A stretch of 64,000 bases of DNA, taken from NCBI GenBank assembly GCA_951406725.2, contig OX597834.1, positions 12,400,001-12,464,000 on the forward strand, given 5' to 3'. This document shows, piece after piece, positions 1 to 13,526 of this stretch. Position 1 is the stretch's first letter; each line of letters opens with the position of its first letter. The DNA is from Octopus vulgaris. Lineage: Eukaryota. The notes beneath the pieces were generated by a model. The model made no database searches and was not told the origin of the DNA. It saw only the letters and a list, made by a program, of their open reading frames with translations. The translations under genes were made by a program, and so were the position numbers.

Positions 1-638
1 GGAATTGGTATCATGTACATCGTTTGTATCGTAAAAGATGGGTTACACTAAATACTTTGCCCAGTACCACAAATTTGCTCGTCAATTGTTTGACCATAAC
101 CACCTAAGCATCATTGACATCATGTGAATTTCTGAACACGAGAAGTAGAGGTGAAGGATCATAGCTGTGTTGAGAGGGAATATTTGGTGTTTGAATAATT
201 CATCTCTGGAAGCAGGGGTGTTACGACCAATATCCTTAAACAACCTTAATACAGAACCCTTTTGACATAGATTGGATACTCGATTGGAAGAAAATTCTGT
301 CTGGATTCCACCTGCAAGATAATACGTTGTTTATTATGATCTGAGATCACCATGTCGCTGTGTGCTGGCAGATCTGTGTGCACGCCGGGCAATATGCTAG
401 CGGCATTCCGTTTGTGTTCAAATTTCACTGAGATCAACTTTACCTTTCGGGGTCGATAAAATAAGTCACAGTTGATCACTGGGATCGCCCTCTTGTGCCA
501 AAATTATCATTATTATTATTATTATTATAATTCACGTGTCTTGTGTACTTTTGTTAGACGTGTAGTCATGATGGGTACACTAGGCTTCGTATATTTTTAC
601 AGAAGTGTCACTTTGATCACACGAGCTGCCCTCTCACT

Positions 639-838
639 CAATAATAATAATAATAAAAATAATAATAGTAATAATAATAATAGTAATAATTTTAATAGTA
701 ATAATAGTAATAATAATAATAGTAATAATAATAATAGTAATAATAATAATAATAATAGTAATAATAATAATAATAATAGTAGTAATAATAATAATAATAG
801 TAATAATAATAGTAGTAATAATAATAATAATTATAGTA

Positions 839-872
<34 letters not shown>

Positions 873-924
873 GAATAAGAATAATAATAGTAGTAGTAGT
901 AGTAATAATAATAATAATAATAAT
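639..924. repeat. (AAT)n/(AGT) trinucleotide microsatellite
   Basis: Directly visible; explains the poly-N and poly-Y ORFs. Confidence 0.97.
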
Positions 925-1953
925 CGTCAGAGGCCCAAGTCAAGGTTATACAAAATGCTACCTGCATGCGCAAATATATATCTGCCCCCTTCGTTATGAC
1001 CCCTTCGTAAAGTACAATTTTAGCGTAATAGCTCGAAGCCAACAGCTGAACCAAAAGTGATTTCCTTTTACATAACGAATGAACAACCTCGACATGTTCC
1101 TTGGAATTCCTCTTCTATCAACGACACGTGAACAAATAATTGACTACTGATTAGTCCACTGACGCTGTAAGAGTGTAATGGAAAGATCAAGCGGTTCACT
1201 GAACATCTGGCATGCTTGATGGCGTGATTCGGTAACTGTCTATAATCTGATTAACGTGCAAATGATCCTTTAAGTAATGACAGTACCTGCTAGAATTAAG
1301 ACGGGAAAGCTATCACGAATCTCATAGTAACGCATATTGTTTATGCAAAAAATCCCTGGAAAAAGTTTCTCAAATCATATTTTGTGAAAATAACCAGGGC
1401 TGGAAGAGGCTTCGTGGCAGGCCTCGTGGCAAGTCTTGTGACGGGCCCCGCACTGTGTGGCTGGACGTGATCGGGGAAACATCTCCAGAGGTACGACGTT
1501 ACCTTAAAGGATGCAGAGGGGCCGACACAGGACCAAGGAAATGAGGGAAGGTAAAGTCGACCTTGGTGGAATTTGAACTCAGTACGTAGTGATGGGCCAA
1601 ATGCCGCTAAGAATTTCGCCCGGCATTCTAGAGGGCGGGTGGACGTAGTCGGCTGTACTCTGGGACCTCTAACTGGGAATGACTCGAGCACCCCAGTCAC
1701 AACAAACAAGAGCATGAAACGAAGACACCAGTCTAAGCCTTCAATGAATTTTACTCCTATCTCTATGATGTTGTTCACGTTTAAAAACCGTGAGGCTATT
1801 ACCAGTCACGATTTTTCTGTGGATTTGAACTCACGATCTCATTACCATCGTTTTGATTCACAAATCGAGCAGTGATCAGGGTTTTTGAATAAAACAGGAG
1901 GGTCAGTTAATTATGATTTTATGGTTTTATTCCACATATTCCCGGGTTGGACG

Positions 1954-2090
1954 GTTTGACCAGGGTCTGGGAAGCCAGGAGGCTGCACCAGGCTCCCAGT
2001 CTGATCTGGCAGTGCATCCAGCTGTAGAAACACTGCCAGATCAGACTGGAGGCTGGGGCAGCCTCCTGGCTTCCCAGACCCTGGTCAAAC
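1954..2090. repeat. Near-perfect inverted repeat (about 60-bp arms, 16-nt loop), probably a fold-back of a SINE segment
   Basis: 1954-2014 is the reverse complement of 2031-2090 with 2 mismatches and 1 indel. Confidence 0.9.
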
Positions 2091-2321
2091 TGGTTAAATT
2101 CATAGTGCCATTTCGCTCCACTGAAAGTGAACACCAATAACAGCAGGTAGATTAAACGTGCAAAAGATAACGGTTCAATTCAAGCGAGACTATTGTGCCC
2201 TCGGTCGCTTTATACACCATGGAAATCTCGGTTTAATGAGACTCTAGCTTCATGACAAGCTTAATTTCTTTGAAAATTAGGTTTAATAAATCTTAAACAT
2301 ATCCGGAAGTGCTACCACTCG

Positions 2322-2990
2322 CTGGATGGATCCCGCTGTCAATAATCACATAGACAAAACGTGGAGTTTCCATGGCTGGATCCCGGTGTCAATAATCGCA
2401 TAAACAAAACATGGAGTTTCCCAGGATAGATCCCGGTGTCAATAAAACACATGGACTTTCTGGAAAAGTAGAGACATCAGACTCGCTACCAAATGCAGAT
2501 TGGTGAATGCAATTGTCTTCCCAATAGAAACATATGGATGCGAGACCTGGACACTAAAGAAAGCTGACCAGAAGAGAATTAATGCATTCGAGCTTTGGTG
2601 TTGGAGAAGATTTTTGCGGATTCCATGGACAGCGAGGCTCACCAACGGAGACGTTCTTAACCAGATAAGGCCGAAAATGTCGCTAGAAGCTGGGATCAGC
2701 AAGCATAGATTAGCATATTTCGGTCATATTATGCGGAGAGAATCCCTGGAGAAGGACATCATGCTTGGAATGGTCAGTAGCAAGAGAGGAAGAGGCCGAC
2801 CAAGAACCCGCTGGCTTGACACCATCAAGAGTGATATCGGAATGGACATAGCCAATCTGAAAGAAGCGGCCAAAGATAGAACTGACTGAAGGACACTGAT
2901 CCAACGAGTGACCGAGAGTCGACTTCGACTGAGAAGAGAGAGAGAGGACTTTCCCTAGATGAATACCGCTGTCAATAAACGCATAAACCA
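2322..2990. repeat. About 50-bp minisatellite (ggatcccggtgtcaataatcgcataaacaaaacatggagtttcc) interrupted by an RTE LINE
   Basis: Units near 2327, 2378 and 2428; the pattern resumes at 2946-2990. Confidence 0.8.
2461..2945 (+). mobile_element. 5'-truncated RTE-clade (BovB-like) LINE, C-terminal part of the RT ORF
   Basis: ORF 2500-2889 has YGCETWTL, FELWCWRR.LRIPW, YFGHIMRR and RGRGRPRTRWLD motifs; (GA)n tail; 8-bp TSD ggactttc at 2453-2460 and 2946-2953. Confidence 0.93.
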
Positions 2991-3037
2991 ACTCATACGT
3001 TATGTAAGAATGAGTTACATTAACACAGCATTATAAC

Positions 3038-3470
3038 AAGGTGGTGAGATGGCAGAATTGCTAGAACGCCGGACAAAATTCTTTGTGGCATTTGGCCCAT
3101 CTTCACGTTCTGAGTTCAAATTCCACGGAGGTCGACTTTGACGTTCATCATTTCGTTGCTGATAACATAAGTATCAGTTGAACACTGCAGATGTAATCGA
3201 CTCATCTCCTTTCCTAAAATGACTGCCCTTGTGGCAAAATTTGAAACCATTATGAGAAGTCCTTACAATATTGTAAGCTGGCAGCATAGTTAGCACGCCG
3301 GGTAAAAAGGCGTAGCGAATTTTGTCCATCACGTTCTGAGTTCACATCCCACCGAGGTCGGCTTTGTGTTTCTTCCTTTCAAGGTTGATAAAATAACAAG
3401 TGAACGTTACAGCTGATGAAATTGGCTGACCCACTCCCTATAAATTGCTGGTTTGTGCCTAAATTCGGGG
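3038..3470 (+). mobile_element. Two decayed family-B SINEs (Meta-domain-like core)
   Basis: ctggcagaa..ttagcacgccgg head and ttctgagttcaaattcc..gaggtcgactttg core shared with many copies in the window. Confidence 0.75.
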
Positions 3471-3513
3471 TCATTATAAGAGCTGCTTCTAATTCAAAAT
3501 TTAAATAAGTACA

Positions 3514-3723
3514 TACTCTTACTCTTTTACTTGTTTCAGTCATTTGACTGTGGCCATGCTGGAGCACCGCCTTTAGTCGAGCAAATCTACCCCCAGGAAT
3601 TATTCTCTGCAAGCCTATCACTTATTCGATCGGTATCTTTTGCCGTATCGCTAAGCTACAGAGACGTAAACACACCAGCATCGGTTGTCAAGTGATGTTG
3701 GGAGGACACAGACACATATGCAT

Positions 3724-3769
<46 letters not shown>

Positions 3770-3868
3770 TTTCCGTCTTCCAAATCCAGTCACAAGTCTT
3801 TGGTCGGACCGAGGCTATAATAGAAGACATTTGCCCGAGGTACCACGTAATGGGACTGAACCCGGAAC
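3514..3868 (-). mobile_element. Family-A tRNA-derived SINE (CORE-like) with internal (TA/CA)n
   Basis: Reverse complement of the copies at 5619-6017 and 51435-51842. Confidence 0.85.
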
Positions 3869-4147
3869 ATAAGTAATTTTTCTTTGCTTATTTGACTTTT
3901 TTCCTATTAAAAATGAGTTACTTTCTAAAATAGCATTTTGTAATATAATCTTTGAAAATAATTACCAAAGAAAAAGTCTGTAAAGTCATAATATCTACGC
4001 ATGCGATAATGCTGTGTTCATGGGAGTGCTCAGTCGGAGTTTATCCTGGGTCAAGCTTAACAAGAGCGAAAACAAATTTTTCAAAATTTTACCATTTGAC
4101 AATAATGAATAGTTTTAATATTTTGGCTAAGCAAAATGTGGCGATCC

Positions 4148-4575
4148 GCAAGAATCGTTAGCGCGCCGGGCAGAATTCTTAATGGTACTTTACCCGCCTT
4201 TACGTTCTGAGTTCAGATGCCGCCAAGGTCGACTTTCCCTTTCATCCTTCCAGGGTTCAATAAATTAAGTACCGATTGAACTGGGGTCGATGTAATCGAC
4301 TAGCACCACCTACCAAAATTCCTGGCTTTGAGCCAAAATTTGAAAGCAATATTTTGGCTAGGCAAAAGGCTACGAGCCGCTGGAATCGTTAGCTCTCCGG
4401 ACAGAATGCGCAGCGGTACTTCGTACGTCTTTACGTTGGGAGTTCAAATGCTGCCGGGGTTCACTTAGCCTGTCATCCTTTCGGCGGTCGATAAATTAAG
4501 TACCAGTTGAACACTAGAGTCGATATAACGGAATTAGCCCCACCCTCAAACTTGCTGGCCGAGTGCCAAAAAATT
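4148..4575 (+). mobile_element. Two decayed family-B SINEs
   Basis: Same head and core motifs as other family-B copies. Confidence 0.7.
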
Positions 4576-5211
4576 GACACCCATATTTCGGCACAAGAAT
4601 TCTAAAATTATGTACTGGAATATGGATGCCCTGAAGGATCATTGTATTTATAATTTAAAATCTGAATTATCTACCATACAGCTCTCTCTCCCTCTCTCTG
4701 TCTATCTCTCATTCTCTCTTTCATGCTATTTTGAAGAGACTTTTCTCATTAACTGTACAGTGAGGTCAATGATCGCTATTTTCCTCATAAATTTTTGATT
4801 TTTATTTTCTGTCATTTTCATCCGAGTAATGTTAGCTTTCTAATCTTAATATACAGTATTAAATTTCTGTATTTTCTCGAGTCATATCGCATTTCAAAGT
4901 AATGATTAATTTTGTGGATAATAGCTCGGGGAAAAATAGAGGTTCTGTGTAAACACTAAACAAGTTATATCACACCATTGTATTTCTCTAAAAACAACAG
5001 AAATACAAAGAGTTTTTACACACATCCAGGTGTATATCTAACAAAAAAGAAAAATACAAATTTAAAAAAAAATAGAAATGACAGACAAACACGGACATCA
5101 TAGTTTTACAGCATGATTTCATATATCCATGCACGGCAGGATTAAGATAAATATTTTAATGGCTTGACTGTAGTGAGAGATACAAAAAGTTTACTAATAT
5201 TGGTCTCAAAT

Positions 5212-5560
5212 TAACTCCGCCGAGGTCGACTTCACCTTTCATCCATTCGGAGTTGATAAATTAAGTACCAGTTCGTACTAGGATTGATCTAATCGACTGG
5301 ACCCCTCTCGCTAAATTCCAGGCCTTATGCCTAGAGTAGAAAAGAATATTGGTCTCAGATTTTGGTACAAGGGCAGAAAGTTCGGGCTGGAGGTAAATCG
5401 ATTTCATCGAAGCCAGTGTTCAGCTGGTACCTACGTAATCGACTTCAAAAAGATGAAAGGTAAATCAACAAAGGGCAAATTTAAACCCAGGACTTAAAAC
5501 TGACGAAATGCCACTAAGCATAACTGTCAGGCGCGCCAAAGATTCTGACAGCTCACCACC
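5212..5560. mobile_element. Tail-to-tail family-B SINE fragments (+ then -)
   Basis: Core ccgaggtcgac..aagtaccag on + at about 5220-5340, and its reverse complement at about 5360-5560. Confidence 0.65.
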
Positions 5561-5618
5561 TAAACAAACAAAAAATATTTTACTAATATTATAAATATAG
5601 TTTAAAATATTATAGAAT

Positions 5619-6017
5619 AGGAGTAGGAGTGAATGTGTGGTAAGTAGCTTGCTTACCAACCACATGGTTGAGGGTTCTTTCCCACCTTGGGCAAATATCT
5701 TCTATAGCCTCGGGTCGACCAAAGCCTTGTGAGTGGATTTGGTAGACGGAAACTGAAAGAAGCCCGTCGCATATATGTATGTATATATATATGTGTGTGT
5801 GTGTATGTATATGTTTGTGTGTCTGTGTTTGTCCCCGCAACATCGCTTGACAACCGATGCTGGTGTGTTTACGTCACCGTAACTTAGCGGTTCGGCAAAA
5901 GAGAACGATAGAATAGGTACTAGGCTTACAAAGAATAAGTCCCGGGGTCGGGTTGCTCGACTAAAGGCGGTGCTCCAGCATGGCCGCAGTCAAATGACTG
6001 AAACAAGTAAAAGAGTA
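5619..6017 (+). mobile_element. Family-A SINE, near full length
   Basis: A-box-like gtgtggtaag head, CORE-like caccttgggcaa, internal microsatellite, aaacaagtaaaagag end. Confidence 0.9.
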
Positions 6018-6079
6018 AATAGTTAAGGGGGGCGAGCTGGCAGAATGGTTAGCATGCCGGGTAAAATACGGAGCAGTAT

Positions 6080-6870
6080 TGGCCTTCACTTGTCGCACTT
6101 TCTTGGACCGTGTGATGACATGGAATGCTTCCATTGACTTGATTGCTGATTCTTCTCTAGGTTGTAGCCGTGGCACCACCTTACAACACCAGTGGTTTCC
6201 TTGGCAGAAAGGTCCGTATCATCTTCTGACATTCTTTCAGTTCACGACGCTCATTCAGCCGTGATTTCTTTCTATCCTTCGTCAGCAAGCGCGGCACATA
6301 TTTTGCTACCCTTTTCATTCGCAATTCCTCGCTCAAAATTCGTTGGAAGGCGCTCCAGGACACACCATTCATGTCAGCAATTTTGTCAATTGTTCGGTGA
6401 CGGTCCACCAAGATCAATTCATGAAGTTTCCTGATGTTTTCATTCGTTCGGATGATCCACGGTCGTCCTGAACAAGATTGGTATTCAAGCGACAATTGAC
6501 CATTCCTAAAACGTGGAAGCCACTCGTAAACTTCTATTTTGCTTCTGTCAGCGTTTTTGCAAGATGTCTGAAGCACGACAACTATTTTGGCCGCCGTTTT
6601 TCCCATCAGAATTTCATGGACGCACGCTGCTCCATCTTTTCTTGGAAGCACGCTCTTCCTTCTTTTCAGCGATCGCAAAAATCGACAAAGAGGAGAGCAG
6701 CACTGCAAAGCAATGATGCATCACGTAGCAGTACGACCACAGAAGACGACACCGGTCGGTAGACTGATGCCCAACAGCCGCGTCAAGTGGCTTCTAGTGA
6801 CGGAAGACTAAACTTTAACTAGCTTGTCCCACAGAGCACGTTTCCGGCCACTTTCAGGTACACCCTCGTA
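6080..6870 (-). mobile_element. Decayed mariner transposon (transposase pseudogene)
   Basis: Minus ORF 6181-6708 has EVYEW..RF, SGRP and RVAKYVPRLLT (WVPHEL-equivalent) motifs; terminus reads TA-CGAGGGTGTACCTGAAAGT at 6870. Confidence 0.88.
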
Positions 6871-7369
6871 CTTGGTTCAATAAATTGATCTAAAAATACT
6901 TCAAGTTGGTGGCCCAGCATGGCCGCAGTCAAATGAAACAAGTAAAACAAGTAAGAAAGAAAAGTTAACGTTATCCGGTAAAGACGATTTACCACTATGT
7001 TTTTCAATTGCTCATATCTTACTAATTCTTTAAAGATTACTGAATGCTTTTTTTACGGCTAACTTCACTGCAAATTGAACCACTTTAGTGAGGTTTCTTC
7101 GTTGGTTAATTCCATCCAGAGTGCTTGGATGACTTTGTACAGTTACAATATGTTGGCTTCAATATGTCCATCGGAATAATAGAATTAAAGAATAGGGAAA
7201 ATGCTGTGAAGTGGATTGATAAATGAGCAAGTTTTATGGATTGCTTGTTAAGTAGCTTCGTATTTAACTGATTAATGGGATTGATGAATGAATAGGAGGC
7301 AGGATGGAAGAACATTGGCAAATTTTGATAAATCGTCCAATGAATACTTGAACAGATGTTTGTGCGTAT

Positions 7370-7573
7370 TGATAGATAGATAGATAGATACGCAGATAGA
7401 TAGGTAGATAAACAGGTAGGTAGATAGATATATAGATATGTAGATAGATCGATAGATAGATAGATAGATAGGTAGTTAGGTAGGTAGGTAGATAGATAGA
7501 TAGGTATAGATAGATATATAGATAGGTAGGTAGATAGATAGATAGATATATAGATAGATAGATATGGATAGGT

Positions 7574-7639
<66 letters not shown>

Positions 7640-7640
7640 G
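7370..7640. repeat. (GATA/GGTA)n plus (TA)n microsatellite
   Basis: Directly visible. Confidence 0.95.
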
Positions 7641-7931
7641 AACGAATGCATGTGTGTATGTGAATATATGCATGTATAGATGTGTGTAATTGTATATGAT
7701 TATCCTATGAAAGAAGGCCTATTGTTTTCAATGGAAGTGGTTTCCGGGTGGAATTTGGTACTCTGTGGAGTGAAATTAGCTGATATGATTTACACCCCAT
7801 TAGCTATTCCTCCCCTGCATGTAACCAATCAATGTTTCATCGAGAAACCATTTATGGAATTGATACATGCCTGAAATTAATTCAAAATTTATACGTGTGT
7901 TTCACTAATTTTCCTTTCGAACCGCAGCTTC

Positions 7932-8384
7932 CTGACTTAACATGACGTATGTTTAGCCAGTCGGCATGATATAATTTTTAATTTCGCTTCTTCATTTCTG
8001 CTACCATTTACTCAAAAAAAGGCGCATATCTGCCTTAATTCAAAGACAAGATACCCAGAGAACTTCTTTTACCGTAAAGTATACTAGCCATCTGAATGTG
8101 GCTAGCCACAGGGGGTGGGTATTACTGACGCTTTTAGCCCCAGGAGATCGTCGTCTCCAGCTGACTTAACATGTATGTTTAGCCAGTCGGCATGATATAA
8201 TTTTTAATTCGCTTCTTCATTTCTGCTACCATTTACTCAAAAAAGGCGCATATCTGCCTTAATTCAAAGACAAGATACCCAGAGAACTTCTTTTACCGTA
8301 AAGTATACTAGCCATCTGAATGTGGCTAGCCACAGGGGGTGGGTGTTACTGACGCTTTTAGCCCCAGGAGATCGTCGTCTCCAG
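7932..8384. repeat. Tandem duplication of about 229 bp (flank plus left arm of the fold-back element)
   Basis: ctgacttaacatg... begins at 7932 and again at 8161; the copies are nearly identical. Confidence 0.93.
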
Positions 8385-8676
8385 CTGGCTTTAGACACAA
8401 CTTCTGATATTTGCAAAGGGAGGTCATACCCTCTCGAAAACCTAAGTGATACATACGGACTATAGTTTCGAGGTTTTTGCCTCTCGTCAACGTATGGTAA
8501 ACACCGGTTTTCGATAAAGGAGACCTGTTTGCAAAGCCAGCTGGAGACGACGATCTCCGGGGGCTAAAAGCGTCAGTAACACCCACCCCCAGTGGCTAGC
8601 CACATTCAGATGGCTAGTACACTTTACGTTGTCGAGCGGTTACTGTTTACATCTCGTTCGGAGATTTATTAATGCT
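8298..8676. mobile_element. Fold-back element family H1, copy 1: about 95-bp inverted arms, central hammerhead, about 50-bp one-sided tail
   Basis: Arms 8298-8392 and 8533-8627; 10-bp TSD ttcttttacc at 8288-8297 and 8677-8686; homologous to 57093-57528. Confidence 0.9.
8452..8496 (-). ncRNA. Minimal type I hammerhead ribozyme motif
   Basis: Minus strand: CATACG-TTGACGA-GAGG caaaaa CCTC-GAAA-CTATAG-TC-CGTATG; helix III ACTATAGT is palindromic; C3 is U. Confidence 0.8.
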
Positions 8677-9211
8677 TTCTTTTACCATGTTTGTATTAAC
8701 TGCAATTATTTTAAAGCATGGTTTTAATTACGTGGAAGTACGTATATCCCTTTAAGCTAACTCCATTGAATACGACATCACGTTATAAATATACATAACT
8801 GTGTACGTATACATGTTGTGCATATACATGTGTGTGATTGTGTGTGTTTATATACTAGTAAGGTGAATTTATGTTATAATTTCTGAAAGTTTATCTCTTG
8901 GAAAGGAGCTGATATTTACAACAGAATCAAAACTCCATCGCTGGAAATTAAAGAACAAAATCGATATTTTTTACATGTTGAACTTTAGATAACCGCTTCA
9001 TAATATCACTATTCTGATTACAGCTATTTCTAAGTGCACGTTAGGTGATTACTTTTTTATTGCCAGCTTTTCAAAATCACGACTTAGACATTTATTAACG
9101 TAACCAGGTACGCCAACATCATTTCTGATATTGATATATACAGGTAAGTATTACACTTCGGAGAAGATACCCAATAAAATATGTTTCCGCACTGATTGCA
9201 TTTTTTTTTTT

Positions 9212-9600
9212 TTTTACTTGTTTCAGTCACGTGACTGTGGCCATGCTGGAGCACCGCCTTTAGTCGAGCAACTCGAACCCCGGGACTTATTCTTTTGTAA
9301 GCCCAGTACTTATTCTATCGGTCTCTTTTGCCGAACCGCTAAGTGACGGGGACGTAAACACACCAACATCGGTTTTCAAGCAATGCTAGAGGGACAAACA
9401 CAGACACACAAACACACATATATATATATAAATACATATATACGACGGGCTTCTTTCAGTTTCCGTCTACCAAATCCACTCACAAGGCATTGGTCGACCC
9501 GGGGCTATAGCAGAAGACACTTGCCCAAGATGCCACGCAGTGGGACTGAACCCGGAACCATGTGGTTGGTAAGCAAGCTACTTACCACACAGCCACTCCT
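9212..9600 (-). mobile_element. Family-A SINE, full length
   Basis: High similarity to other family-A copies. Confidence 0.92.
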
Positions 9601-10049
9601 TTGTATACCTATAAGTTTTTAGTCACACAAGTGGATAGTTAATCATAGTTATGATTATATTTCTACATTTTTGTGTATGTACTTATTAAATTCTAATATT
9701 CTGAAATACCTGACATATTTTCACATTGCTTTTAATAGCATGAAGCAGAAAATTTCTTAACAAGACGTAGTCGTACTTGTTATCTTAGGCCCACTTTCTC
9801 AGCGTTGGTGCTGCGAAACCTAATTAAGTATAACGTAATTAAATGCTTGCAATAATTATAGTTAAGAATCTAAAGCTTCAGTGATTGTGGAGTAAATGCA
9901 GGATTCTCATTAGTACTCTATAGATAAATTTTGTACGCATTTACCCACTTAGACATTTATCTGCAAATATATAGATACGCACATACATGCATATATACGT
10001 ACATGTATATAGATAAATATACACAAATGCATTCATACATATACACACA

Positions 10050-10083
<34 letters not shown>

Positions 10084-10223
10084 TCCATACATAACATACA
10101 TATACACATATTATATATATACATCTATACATATGCATTCATATATAACATACATATATTATATATACACATATACACATTCATATATATAACATACATA
10201 TATTATATATACATTCATATATA

Positions 10224-10259
<36 letters not shown>

Positions 10260-10264
10260 CATAC

Positions 10265-10305
<41 letters not shown>

Positions 10306-10310
10306 TATAT

Positions 10311-10485
10311 GTAGAAAAATACAAACTGGGACAAGAACGTAAAACATTTAGAAGACGATGCAAAAAACACGGACGGGACATTCGAAACCTTCAATCTTCA
10401 GTCAAGAACAAGATCATCCTAACAATTTCGGCTGATTAATCTTGAGATCGCTCCGATCCGGCCAGCCCTAAGGAAAAACTAATCT
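10311..10485. mobile_element. Short non-repetitive insert within a (TA)n tract, probable TA-targeting repeat fragment
   Basis: Complex sequence bounded on both sides by TA/TC microsatellite. Confidence 0.4.
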
Positions 10486-11278
10486 CTCTCTCTATATATA
10501 TATATATATTTATACACATATGCATTCTTACATAACATGCATATATATATATATACACGTATAAATATGCAAATATGTGTGTATAAATATGCAAATATGT
10601 GTGTATATTTATATATATATATATATTCATATACAGATATATACATGTATGTTTATATACCTTTCTATCTCTTACACCTTCTTTCTCTCCGTCTGTGTGT
10701 GTATACATATACATGTATGTATGTGTGTATGTGTTTGTGACTGTGTGTGTGTGTGTACATAGGGATTAAATAATCAAAAGGATAGTTAATAACAGACAAT
10801 GTACGGCCGATTGTATAGATAGACTGATTATAACAGAGATGATTGCTCCTATGGATAGCTACAATATTTGCTACGGAGTCGGTTGTATGAAAAACAAAGA
10901 AGCGGGCTCAGCAATGGAAGAATTACGTAAACATATTGTAATCAATAAGGAAATGGATTGAAGGATTGTAATTTTCCTACTTTACGTGCCCGTCGGTTTG
11001 TTTTCTGTATCAATGGAACAAGAGATGATTACACTCACACAGAAACACACACATACACCAACATGCATATGCACGCATATATATGTATGTATATAATAGT
11101 TGACCGTATTGTATGATTTTCTAAATGTATGTACACACACGCACACACATACGTATATACATGTATACACACACACACACACACATACAAAGCGAGAGGG
11201 TGAAAGAGAAAATTATAGACATACATATATATGTGTGTTTGTGTGTGTGTGTGTGTGTGTGTCTATATGCGTACTTAC

Positions 11279-11326
<48 letters not shown>

Positions 11327-11888
11327 TTAAATTGATAGATAGATAGATAGATAGATATATAGATAGATATATAGATAGATAGATAAATAGATATAAGCAT
11401 ATACATGTGTGTTTATTTATACACACACAAACACAGATAAATACAAATGACATATAAAGAAGAATATCTCATAAAAGTGAATGGTTAAATGTTAGAAATG
11501 GGCGGACGGACGGACAGACGGACAGATGAATGGATGGATGGATTGGCAGCCGTATAAAAGCATGAATGAAGTAATAAATGGATGCATGGTGGTACGATGG
11601 TACTGAAAGAATTATGGCTGTGCATATATGCATATCCATGAACAGGAAAAGAAAAGCAGAGCAGAAGTTATATTGGTAAAGAGTGAGAGTTCGATAATCG
11701 ATAGACGCATGTAGGGGTTACGTGATGTCAGTATGAATAACATTCACACACTAGGTCAATAAGAATTGAATAAAGAAATCTTTTTATGGATTACTGCTTT
11801 TGTTGGTTGTGTTTAATTCCACGTTAGACCTGGCTGAGACGATGTTTGGTGCAAGACATTCTAATCATTAAGACGTGTTTATCTAGGC

Positions 11889-12023
11889 CAGTGCTTCCCA
11901 ACATGGGGGTGGGGGTGGAACCCGATATAAAGAATATAGAATGGGTTCCGTGGGAAAACGTATTTAAATACAAAGGATGGGAACCTCTGTTGCAAAGCAC
12001 AGTGGAAAGATTGGGAACCACTG
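11889..12023. mobile_element. hAT (Charlie-like) MITE
   Basis: TIRs CAGTGCTTCCCAA / TTGGGAACCACTG; 8-bp TSD atctaggc / atcaaggc. Confidence 0.8.
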
Positions 12024-12244
12024 ATCAAGGCTGTCCCCTATTTCAATCGTAGCCATTCGTCTTTATAAAAAGCGTTTTATGATCTATAGGAGATCATAGA
12101 ATTTGAACATCCACCATCAATCCTGCTCTGCATGTTAGCACATAAAACCAATACTTTTGATATATTACCATATTTACATACACACACACACACACACACA
12201 CATATGTGTGTGTGTGTGTGTGTATAGTGGCACACATATAACAA

Positions 12245-12418
12245 TCTCCATGATAGATCGGTAGCCACTACACACATTTTTCTTCTCTCCTTGTTTCTTT
12301 TTCTGTGTCCCTTTCTGTTGAAGAGCGTAGGCTCGAAACGTAAAATCCTTTTTCAGTTCCTGAGCGTTATACTAATATTTCTCTTTGTTTTCTACTCCAC
12401 CTGTCTTCGTCTTTTGTA
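12245..12418 (+). mobile_element. Family H5 short repeat with hammerhead-like motif (12311-12345)
   Basis: CTTT-CTGTTGA-A-GAGC gtag GCTC-GAAA-CG-TA-AAA; reverse-complement copies at 42634-42813 and 47478-47650. Confidence 0.7.
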
Positions 12419-12486
12419 ACAGCTTTTGTTATATTTTAAGCGGCTTTTAAATAAAGCATATAACTATGTCTGGTTTTTGAGTACTA

Positions 12487-12870
12487 GTGGAGGCGCAATG
12501 GCCCAGTGGTTGGGCAGCGGACTCGCGGTCATAGGATCGCGGTTTCGATTCCCAGACCGGGCGTTGTGAGTGTTTATTGAGCGAAAACACCTAAAGCTCC
12601 ACGAGGCTCCGGCAGGGGGTGGTGGTGATCCCTGCTGTACTCTTTCACCACAACTTTATCTCACTCTTACTTCCTGTTTCTGTTGTACCTTGTATTTCAA
12701 AGGGCCGGCCTTGTCACTCTCTGTGTCACGCTGAATATCCCCGAGAACTACGTTAAGGGTACACGTGTCTGTGGAGTGCTCAGCCACTTACACGTTAATT
12801 TCACGAGCAGGCTGTTCCGTTGATTCGGATCAACCGGAACCCTCGTCGTCGTAACCGACGGAGTGCTTCC
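12487..12870 (+). mobile_element. Family-C tRNA-derived SINE, full length
   Basis: A box tggcccagtgg, B box gtttcgattcc; near-identical copies at 51968-52350 and 58097-58467. Confidence 0.92.
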
Positions 12871-12927
12871 ATCCATCATTTGAGTACTCTTTCTTCCACC
12901 TTGTTTCACATTCATGAGCCTACTCCA

Positions 12928-12993
<66 letters not shown>

Positions 12994-13526
12994 GTAAGGG
13001 TCGCTTAGGAACAAAGTAAAGTTAAATTTTAATATCCATCGAGATTTTCCGATAGTACTTCAGAGATTCAATTTCTCATCAATTAATATTAATCTAAAGT
13101 TTTAATTTACATTTCTCCTTATTAGATTTCTTCATTATATTCTATGGCCTTGTGTTACGTGACGTATTTTTTTCATCTTCCATTCTACTCATCGCATCCA
13201 ATCGCCCACAAACTTCTCTCTCTCTCTTTGTTTCTGTCATTCTCAGCCTCTTTCTCGCCATTTCTTTCACTCTCATTTCATCTATACTTGAATCATCAAG
13301 TTTCGTAATATTGCATCTTTTTATTCTATTAATTTTCTATGGTTTTTTTATCGACTTCGTGTTTTTCACTTACATTTTGTGTATCAAATAACTTTAGGAG
13401 CAGGTAATTAGAACTGCATTAGGTTTCTTGTGTACATATTTGGTATTTGGTGACAGAAAAACATTATACAGCACTTGAATGAACATATGTGTGTATATAT
13501 AATTGTATATAATGATGTATATATTT

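Noticed and set aside
10370-10405. CTGAAGA..CGAA motif on -
   Set aside because: No convincing helix II or GAAA-helix III.
12487-12565. tRNA gene (also 57797-57870 and family-A heads)
   Set aside because: A and B boxes are present but no complete cloverleaf is evident, and each continues into a repeat body.
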